A stretch of DNA of 64,000 nt, from assembly GCF_009914755.1 (NCBI RefSeq), contig NC_060930.1; one strand, written 5' to 3'. The notes beneath the pieces are model-generated. The model made no database searches, was not told where the DNA came from, and saw only the letters and a program-made list of their open reading frames with translations. A program made the translations under genes and the position numbers. Source of the DNA: the human T2T-CHM13v2.0 reference genome, Homo sapiens. Shown one piece after another: positions 54,540-64,000 of this stretch (position 1 is the first letter of the stretch; every line of letters starts with the position of its first letter).

Positions 54540-57500
54540 AAGTTAAACTAAAGCTGAACATATGCTTACCCTATGTTCCAATAATTACATTCCCTGCTAT
54601 ATCTAACATAAATGAGTATAGCTATGCATGAGGAGACACATATAAGACTGTCCTTTACAACTTTATTTATATTATAAATTGAAAAACAATATTAAAGACA
54701 ATTAATAGTATTATGGTGTATCAGTCTGTTCTCACACTGCTATAAAGACATACCTGAGACTGGGTAATTTATAAAGAAAAGATGATTAATTGGCTCATAG
54801 TTCTGTGGGTTGTACAGGCTTCTGCTTCGGGGCAGGCCTCAGGAAACTACAATCATGGCAGAAGGTGAAGGGGAAGCAAGTATGTCTTCGCATGGCCATC
54901 AGGAAAGAGAGCAAAGGGGGAAGTGTTACACACTTTCAAACAACCAGATCTCATGAGACCTCACTCACTATCATGAGAAGAGCAAGGGGGAAATCTGCCC
55001 CCATGATCCAATCACCTCCCACAGGCTCCCTCCCTCAACACGTGGTGGATTACAATTTGATATGAGATTTGAGTGGGGACACAGAGCCAAACCATGTCAT
55101 TCTTCCCCTGACCCCTCCCAAATATCATATCCTCACATTTCAAAACACAATCATGCCTTCCCAACAGTCTCCAAAGTTGCAACTCATTCCAGCATTAACT
55201 CAAAAGTCCAAGTCCAAAATCTCATCAGAGACAAGGCAAGTCCCTTCTACAAATGAGCCTGTAAAATAAAAAACAAGTTAGTTACTTCCAAGATACAATG
55301 AGGGTACAGGCATTGTGTAAACGCTCTTACTCCAAATGGGCAATATTGGCCAAAACAAATGGGCTACAGGTGCCATGCAAGTCAGAAATCTAGCAGGGCA
55401 GTCAATCTTAAAGCACCAAAATAATCTCCTTTGATTTCATGTCTCACATCCATGCCACACTAATGCAAGAGTTGGGCTCCTAATGCTGTGGACATCTCTA
55501 CTCTTGTGGCTCTGCAGGGTGTAACCCCCACAGCTGCTTTTATGGGCTGGTGTTGAGTGCCTGCAACTTTTCTAAGTACATGGTGTAAGCTGTTGGTGAA
55601 TCTACCATTCTGGAGTCTAGAGGACTGTGGCACTCTTCTCACAGCTCCACTGAGCAGTGCCAAAGTGGAGACTCTGTTAGGGGACTCCAGCCCATTTCCC
55701 CTCAGCATTGCCCTAGTAGAGGTTCTCCATGAGGGATCTGCCCCTGCAGCAGACTTTTGCCTGGACATCCAGGTGTTTCTATATATCCTCTGAAAGCTAG
55801 GTGGAGGCTTGCAAACCCCAACTCTTGCCCTCTGCACACCCACAGTCTTAACACCATGTGGAAGTAGCCAAGGCTTTCAGCTTGTACCTTCTGGAGCAGT
55901 GGCCTGAGAAATTTCTGAGTCCCTTCTATCCAAAGCTGGAGCTGGAACAGCTGGGATGTAGGGTACTGTGTCCCAAGGCTGCACAGAGCAGTGGGGCCCT
56001 GGGCCCAGCTCACAGAACCATTCTGCCCTCCTAGGCCTGCAGGCCTGTGAAGGGAGGGACTACTTGAAGGTCTCTTAAATGCCTTGGAGGCATCTTCCCC
56101 ATTGTATTGACTGTTAACATTCAGCTCCTCCCTACTTACAGAAATTTCTGCAGTCAGCTTGAATTTCTGCTCTGAAAATGGGTTTTTCTTTTCTACCACA
56201 TGGCCAGGCTGCAAATTTTTCAAATGTTTATGGTCTGCTTCCCTTTTAAATATAAGTTCCAATTTCAGACCATCTCTTTGTTCACACATGTGAGCGTATC
56301 CTCTTAGAAGCAGCCAGGCCACATCTTGAACAATGATGCTTAGAAATTTCTTATGCTAGATACCGTAAATCATGTCTTTCAAGTTCAAAGTTTCACATGT
56401 CTCTAAAACAGGAGCACAATGCCACCAGTCTCTTTGTTAAAGCATAGCAAGAGTGACCTTTACACTGGTTCCCAATAAGTTCCTCATGTTCATCTGAGAT
56501 CTCCTTAGCCTTGGACTTCATTTTTCATATCACTATCAGCATTTTGGTTACAACCATTCAATAAGTCTCCAAGAAGTTCCAAACTTTCCCTCATTCTCCT
56601 TTCTTCTTCTGAGCCCTCCAAACTGTTCCAACCTCTGTCCAGTAACCAGTTTCAAAGCTGCTTCTACATTTTCAGGTATCCTTATAGCAATGCCCCCCTT
56701 CTCTGGTACCAATTTTTCTGTATTAGTCCATTCTCACAGTGCTATAAAGACATACCTGAGACGGGGTAATTTATAAAGAAAAGAGGTTTAATTGGTTCAT
56801 GATTCTGCAGGCTGTACAGACTTCTGCTTCTGGGCAGGCCTCAGGAAACTTACAATCATGACTGAAGGCAAAGAGAAAGCAAGCATATCTTCACATGGCC
56901 AGCCGGAGAGAGATTGAAGGAGGAAGTGCTACACACTTTCAAACAACAAGATCTCATGAGAACTCAGTCACTATCACAAGAAGAGCAAGGGGGAAATCGA
57001 CCCCCATGATCCAATCACCTCCTCCTACAAGGTCCTCCACCCCAACATTGGGGATTACAATTTGAGACCAGATTTGGGTGGGGACACAGAGCCAAGCCAT
57101 ATCATATAGTTACATATGTTACATATAGTTACATAGACATTGTTGTAGTCATATAGTACCACAACATACAGAAAAAAAGAAAAAAACAAAAAAAGGAATT
57201 AAATTAACTACTCCTATCTGCAACAACATGGGTGAAACTTATATGCTTATATTGAATGAAGAACTCAAACAAAATATATTTGATATGATTTCAGGTACAT
57301 ATGGAGCTCAAAAAAATCTATTGTGATAGAAATGAGAGTAATGTTTACATTTGTGGGTCAAGGTTAAAGATTGAGAGAAGAAATGAGGAGGTATCTGGGC
57401 TACATTTCAAGATGTAGACATTACATCTTGACCCAGGTGGTGGTTGCATAGCTGTATTCACTTTGCAAAAAATTCATCGAGCTGTATACTTAGGTCTTTG

Positions 57501-57600
57501 TAAGTATAGGTACTATAGTTAATTTATGCTATATTAAAATATATATCTCACTATTGTTATTTTATGCTACATGTATCTTATATTATAATAAAAGTTATCC
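54540..57600 (+). mobile_element. L1ME 3' fragment split by the MSTA insertion (54540-54716 and 57110-57600)
   Basis: aagctgaacatatgcttaccctatg...; gcaacaacatgggtgaaactt...; gtattcactttgcaaaaaattcatcgagctgtatactta. Confidence 0.65.
54717..57104 (-). mobile_element. Full-length MSTA-type MaLR: LTR 54717-55099, internal 55100-56718, LTR 56719-57104
   Basis: Two similar ~385-bp LTRs; MaLR internal ORF remnants (55460-55843, 55702-56322). Near-TSD tatgg (54712-54716) / tatag (57105-57109). Confidence 0.93.
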
Positions 57601-59439
57601 TAAAAATAACCAAGTTAAGATTTATAAACAAGTGATAAAATTGTGCCATTATATAAATGCATGTGTGTAACACAGCCCCTTGTACTTATGAAAGAAAATG
57701 TAAGATTGTTGGCAATTTGAATTATGAAGCACAAACTCCAAATACAGACTTGATGAATGATCCCAGTGCAAGATATTTGATTAAAAAAAAAGCAAGTGAA
57801 AGGATTACTTAAAAGAGGATGAATGTGATTATTATAAAAAAATAAGTTTTTTATATATAGCCTTTTTAGTATTACAGCTTTGGTTCTAAAAGAACCAGTC
57901 TTTTATTCAACAAAATAAGAGGATTTAAAAAGTACATTTAGTCAGCTAATTTATAATCCATGCTGTGAGTTCTGAAAATATTTTACAATGATTATTTTCA
58001 ACACTTAATGAACCACTTTAGGAGCAAGTTAAATTCCAGGCATTCTATTATAGTTCAATCATGTTATTCCCCTGCTTGAAATGTTTCATCCTACTTTATT
58101 ATATAATTTATAAGAATCAACTTTATTTAATATGCCAATATTTAAATTCTCCATAAAATCACTTGAATGTTTCTTTTTCCTGTTTATCACTCACAACTTC
58201 CTAATTTGTAGCTGATGTTTTAGCTAATTTCAACATCTCTTTCAACATATCACCACCCCCAACTTTTCTCTTTCCTCTATATTTTATTTGTAGTTGTTCC
58301 CTTAAATAAAAAAAAAAAAAACCTCTACATATCTCTGTTCAAATCATACCTATTTTTCAAAACCCAAGTGAAACACTCCTTTCCCATGAAGTCTTCTTTG
58401 ACTTTTGGGAGATACCTCTCTTTCCCATGAATTCCTATGGCATTTCAAAAATTATGTCCCAGCCTTGTAACTAGCTATTACTTAGAGCTTCTGGGTCATC
58501 ACTCATGTTTTATTATGTGAAGCCTCATTAAGCAAAGGCAAGTCAGGGCCTCCCCTGGGAGCAATGGCTTATTTTAGGGAGACTTCTCACTAAAAAGAGA
58601 TGATCTGCTTAGCTCCACATATCATGTCCCTAGTCATCGAGATCTGATTTCTAAAGGGCAAGGCTACCACAGCATCCCCAGCTTTCTAAATACAAACAGA
58701 TTCCTCAATATCTTGTTTATTTTTCCCCAATCATTCCCAATTAATTTCATTGACATCAGAAATTTGAAGGGTGACTGGTCCTTTCTGAAGTCTAAAGCTT
58801 TTTAATTAGGCTTTGCAGGAAGTACAATGTGTATTTTCTTAATCCTTATAGACTTGATGTACAAATCTGTTTCACAAGATTTTTTTGGCATAGCTTCTTG
58901 CAAACAATTCTCAATTTTTAACACATGTACAGGAAATATATTATCCTTTTCCTTAATATATGTTCCAAATTTTGATATACATATATTTAAATATCAATGA
59001 TATCTGTGAATTCCTAAAGATATTTTATCATGATTTCCTCTATCCTCACACATAATTCAAGTAAGTTATGCTTTAGTCCCACACTGGCCATTATGCTAAA
59101 TGTGGCCACCTTGATATTTTCCAAAATAAATTACTAATTCTTGTTTTAAGATGTGTCTTTCATACCTGCAGTGAAGCACTATGGAATGGCACATGTTACA
59201 CTACTCAGGGTCCTTCATTATTTTAATCTATCTGCCATGCTCTGTGTCCCTTTTGAAAACCTCCAGTCCTGCCATATAAACCTTCTCTATCCCAGCCACT
59301 ACCCCCAAGAAATGCACTGCAGCCTCCTAGAGTGGCATCTTCCATTCTAGTGAGTAGCCCTGCTAAGCTACCTCCCTTTATCATCTCTTCAAGGACTCCA
59401 GTGATTAGCATTTTCTGCATCTTCTTATATTTATCCCAA

Positions 59440-59690
59440 TGTCTCTTTAAGAACAGAGACATAGGTGTTAGATTGCCAAGGCTTAAATCTCACAAGCTGA
59501 GAAACCTGAACAAAGTATTTAACTTCTCTGCTTCTCAGTTTCCCCATCTGTGAAATACAGATAATAATAATACCTACTTCAGAGGGTGATTGTAGCGATT
59601 AAGATATTTAATGTATGCAAAGTACTCAGAACTGTGACTAATTAATAGTAGAGGTTACATAAGGGCCAGTTGTTATTATTATTAGTACTA
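59440..59690 (+). mobile_element. MIR SINE
   Basis: ttaacttctctgcttctcagtttccccatctgtgaaatacagataataata...cctacttcagagggtgattgtag MIR core. Confidence 0.8.
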
Positions 59691-60591
59691 TTATTATTGT
59701 ATCACTTCTTGAATACTAGCAGTGTATTCTGCTAAAGTTCAATTATACCCACCTCCACTACCTTCAAAACAGTTCCCACAGAGATTCACATTACATAGTT
59801 AATAAAAATATATGTAACTAAACAAGTGGATTGGAAGCCTCAGCTTGGAACCCAGATCACTCAAACAACACATCAGAAATCATTGAAATGGATGACTCCA
59901 ATAAGCTAAAAAGATTGAGAACACTTTAGCCATCAGAATTCATTTTTGGAAAGAAAAATTGATTTTGCTGGGAAAATAAATTAGTAAATGAGTGGTTGTG
60001 GTAGAAAATAAGACTTCAAGGATTGGAGGACATAAGGGTTGTTGGACATAGAATGTACTTCATTTGAGCAGAATAAGATTTCTTCTAACCGAACCAAGGG
60101 GAAAAGAGAGGACAGGGTTGTGGGTGTTGACACAGGGTCAGTGTGCTTGCACTCAGCAGTCTGAGTCTTCCTTTCCACCTGCACTACAAACTCTTGTAAA
60201 AGTTCAATTCCCTTTCTCCCCACCCTGCCACACATGCAACTTTGTGCCAGTGTATTTCCATTCTCCTTTCCCCAACAAAATGTGAAAAGCCTGGGCTTCT
60301 TGTGAAGACCCAACAAGAGCGGATGGATAAAAAAGCACCAAGACAGAGCTAGAGGGAACCAGGAGTGCATAAGCTGCCAGAACTCAGAAAATTATGAAGA
60401 AGCTCTGGACTTTTACCAACCAACAAAATTAGCAGATTTAAGTGAAGCGACCTAAATTTCAAAGGGAAGGATCCGTAGGTGATATTGGCCTTTAAGGATG
60501 TTTATTGAAAAAGAGTGTATGTTCCTTTTCTCAATGAATAATATCTAATCCTGGTACAGTGAATCTCTATGAATTCCCTCCCTATTAACTC

Positions 60592-60640
60592 TTTTTTTTT
60601 TTTTTAATTTGTGATAGGGTCTCGTTCTGCCACACAGGCA
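60592..60640 (-). mobile_element. Very short Alu 3'-end fragment
   Basis: Poly(T) plus gatagggtctcgttctgccacacaggc. Confidence 0.6.
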
Positions 60641-60817
60641 GCCCATATTTTCTTCTGGGCACTGCTCATGGTGAGTTTTGTGGACATAATGACATCAGTA
60701 AACTGTGGATATGTTCTCTGACTTCTGAGACACTCAACCTAACCTGGACCTTAAGGGCCTTTCTCCAAAGTTTCTAGAACCAAATTTATGAGGATCTCTG
60801 TTCTTGACTAAAATTAT

Positions 60818-61115
60818 TATTATTATTATTTTTGAGATGGAGTCTCACTCTGTTGCCCAGGCTGGAGTGCAGTGGTGTGGTCTCAACTCACTGCAACCTC
60901 TGCCTCCTGAAGTTCAAACGATTCTCCTGCCTCAGCCTCCTGTGTAGCTGGGATTACAGATGCCTGCCACCACACCCGGTTAATTTTTTGTATTTTTAGT
61001 AGACACAGGGTTTCACCATGTTGGCCAAGCTAGTCTCGAACTCCTGACCTCATGATCTGCCTGTGTCAGCCTCCCAAAGCGCTGGGATTACAGGCGTGAG
61101 CCACCGCACCTGGCC
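60818..61115 (-). mobile_element. AluSg-like with (TAT)n tail
   Basis: Full dimer. TSD ttcttgactaaaattat (60801-60817) / ttcttaactaaaattat (61117-61133). Confidence 0.92.
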
Positions 61116-62109
61116 ATTCTTAACTAAAATTATAAACTGCTAAAATCAAGAGCTCTCAGTGGGATGTGTTCTGGTCTATAGAACAAGATGCTTCACACTG
61201 ACATTGAGCAAAGCCAATGTCTTGAAAGAAACAGAGAAAAGGGGACAGGAAAGTCATGATGGCCTGAAGTCCCTGGCCTACCTTCAATCATCCCTGGGTT
61301 TAGCATTCTCTCTGCTTTTCTCAAATCTTAGTGCTTAACTCTCTTGATTCTAATTTATACAGGTATTTCAATGGTGGGTCAAACTACATCAAATTGTATT
61401 TCTACTTCTTGCTTAAAAATATTAAAAACGCATATATTCAGGTAATCTCTGCCAAGTAATTGTTAAACTATTATACAGATACCTTTGAAGTATCTCACTC
61501 TAAAATTGTAGGTGCTGCTTATTTTCATAATCTCTACAAACGAGTCTTTTGATAAGTGAATATTTCAAAATAAACAATGCATAAATTTACAAAAGAAAAG
61601 GATTCTGTTATAAAAGATGCCAATCTCTACTATAATAAAAATGTAAATATTTATTCATTTAATGGTTTCAACAAAAACCAGGGTATTTTATATACTGGCC
61701 TCTCCCAATGCAGGTTTAATAAAATGCACTATTAAAAGATGGTGCACAATAGCATGTATAATAGCATTTGTATAAATATATAGATATGTTTATATATATA
61801 TATATATTTTTTTTTTTACTGGAGGTTTTTTCAGTGCCTTTGATATATTAATGGAAACCTGAACCTTCAAAATGAGCCTGTTGATCACAATGTTTTCCCA
61901 AACTTACTATAACATTTCCTTTTCTTTCATCAGGTCAGATTATTTTGGGACTAGAGTTGAGACATGCTAATATACACAGTTAAAATATATATTTGTGCAA
62001 GAAAATAATAAAATAAAGTGGAGGAATATGCATCAAAGGTGCATACATTGAGAGGCATTTAGAAGCCTGTAAAACTCAAACTTCTTATGTATCTAATAGC
62101 CTAACCTGA

Positions 62110-62330
62110 AATGATAGTAATAATCATAACCATAACCAATTCTGTATTTCTTGAGTTACTGCTAAGTGTCAGGCACTGAAAAATTTTTTAAATTACTTTA
62201 TTTGATAATTTAGTCACTAAAACAAAATTGTTAGGTTGGCATGACTGTCCCCATTTTACTGGCGAGGGAACCTATCCCCACAGTCAAAGAGTTGGGATTC
62301 TAGTATGGTTTAGCCAAATGAAGAGTTCAA
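62110..62330 (-). mobile_element. MIR fragment
   Basis: gagttactgctaagtgtcaggcactg...tgtccccattttactggcgaggga. Confidence 0.55.
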
Positions 62331-62477
62331 AATGCAAATAACAGTGAAACATCAAGATGTCTTAACTAGACTTAATTTAGAATTTTTTTTTTTTGGTTTT
62401 CAAAAAGAAAATATATTTGAAACTATTTTTTTTTGGGAATTACTCTAACATTGTACAGTTATTGACCATACGGCTAA

Positions 62478-64000
62478 TGATATGGTGTGGCCGTTTTCCC
62501 ACCCAAATCTCATCTTGAATTATAGTTCCCACAATCCCCACGAGTCATGGAAGGGGCACAGTGGGAGGTAATTGAATGTCAGGGGTGGTTATGTCCATGC
62601 TGTTCTCGTAATAGTGAGTGAGTTCTCACAAGATCTGATGGTTTTATAAGGGGTTTTCCCCCTACTTTGATCTGCACTTCTCCTTGCTGCCGCCTTGTGA
62701 AGAGGGATGTGTTTGCTTCCTTTTCTGCATGATTTTAAGTTTCCTGAGGCCTCTCCAACCCTGCAGAACTGTGAGTCAATTAAAACTCTTTCCTTTATAA
62801 ATTACCCAGTCTTAGGTATGTCTTTATTAGCAGTGTGAGAATGGACTAATATAGTAAATTGGCACTGGTAGAGTGGGATGCTGCTATAAAGATACCCAAA
62901 AATGTGGAAGTGACTTTGGAACTGGGTAACAGGCAGAGGCTGGAACAGTTTGGAGGGCTCAGAAGAAGACAAGAAGATGTGGGAAAGTTTGGAACTTCCT
63001 AGAAACTTGTTGAATGGCTTTGACCAAAATTCTGATAGTGATATGGACAGTAAAGTCCAGGCTGAGGTGGTCTCAGACAGAGATGAGGAACTTGTTGGCA
63101 ACTGGAGCAAAGGTGACTCTTGCTATGCTTTAGCATAGAGACTGGCAGCATTTTGTCCCTTCCCTAGTCATCTGTGAAACTTTAAACTTGAGAGAGATGA
63201 TTTAGGGTATCTGGAAGAATAAATTTCTAAGCAGCAAAGCATTCAAGAGGAAGCAGAATATAAAAGTTTGAAAAATGTGCAGCCTGACAATAGAATAGAA
63301 AAGAAAATCCCATTTTTCTGGGGAGAAATTCAAGCCTGCTATGAAATTTGCATAACAAGAAATGAAATGTTAATTACCAAGGCAATGGGAAAAATGTCTC
63401 CAGAGTATGTCACAGACCTTCATGGAAGCCCCTCCCATCATAAGCCCAAGGCCTAGGAGGAAAAAATGGTTTTGTGGGCTGGGCTCACCCTCCTGTGTGC
63501 AGCCTAGGAACTTGGTGCCCTGTATCCCAGCTGTGCCAGCCACTGCTAAAAGTGGCCTGGGTACAGTTCAAGCCTTGGCTACAGAGGGTGCAAGCCCCAA
63601 GCCTTGGCAGCTTCCCATGGTGTTCAGCCTGCAGGTGCACAGAAATCAATAATTGAGGTTTGGGAACCTACACCTAGATAGCAGAGGATGTATGGAACTC
63701 CTAGATGTCCAGGCAGAAGTTTGCTGCAAGAGTGGGCCACTGTGCACCTGGAAAAGCCACAGACACTCAACACCAGCCCATGAAAGCAGACAGGAGGGGG
63801 CCTGTACCCTGGAAAGCCACAAGGACAAAGCTGCCCAAGGCTGTGGGAGCCTAACTCTTGCATCAGCATGTCCTGGATATAAGACATGGAGTTAAAGGAG
63901 ATCATTTTGGAAATTGAAAGTTTAAGGACCATCCTATTGGATTTTGAATTTGCATGGGTCCTGTAGCCTCTTTGTTTTGTCCGATTTCTCTCATTTAGTA
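62478..64000 (+). mobile_element. THE1C-type MaLR: 5' LTR 62478-62853 plus internal region running off the window
   Basis: LTR tgatatggtgtgg...tctttattagcagtgtgagaatggactaatata, then gtaaattggcac. ORF 62950-63138 (MEGSEEDKKMWESLELPRNLLNGFDQN) is the THE1-int ORF remnant. Confidence 0.92.

Noticed and set aside
55460-56322. 127- and 206-aa ORFs
   Set aside because: Frameshifted remnants within MSTA internal sequence, not host genes.
57105-57136. (tatagttaca)x3 next to the MSTA TSD
   Set aside because: Short local slippage repeat with no sign of function.
59995-60400. 129-aa ORF and possible old LTR-like segment
   Set aside because: No recognisable protein motif, and I could not assign a repeat family with support.

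Overview
Primate (human-like) AT-rich intergenic or deep-intronic DNA. I see no host protein-coding gene, RNA gene, CpG island or CRISPR array. Roughly half the window is interspersed repeat: L1 copies of several ages (L1PA3/5/7, L1PA15-16, L1PB4, L1M), five near-complete Alus plus two fragments, three MaLR elements that keep their internal sequence (MSTB, MSTA, THE1C), solo LTRs (MER52A, MER11C, MLT1/MLT2, LTR33), and DNA-transposon, MIR and L2 relics. The listed ORFs are repeat-derived or chance ORFs. Subfamily names come from my recollection of consensus sequences, not from a RepeatMasker run. I found no convincing new multi-gene system. The best leads are: (1) a TSD-flanked L1PA5 missing about 2.1 kb of ORF2 (Z and RT domains), joined in frame exactly after a CAG acceptor-like site, i.e. 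a candidate spliced L1 retrocopy; (2) a 31-bp AT-rich VNTR in which almost every unit is a 27-bp palindrome; (3) a probable decayed Gypsy/ERV integrase fossil at about 53.7-54.3 kb; and (4) unusual L1 junctions (micro-inversion hairpin, short 3' transductions).
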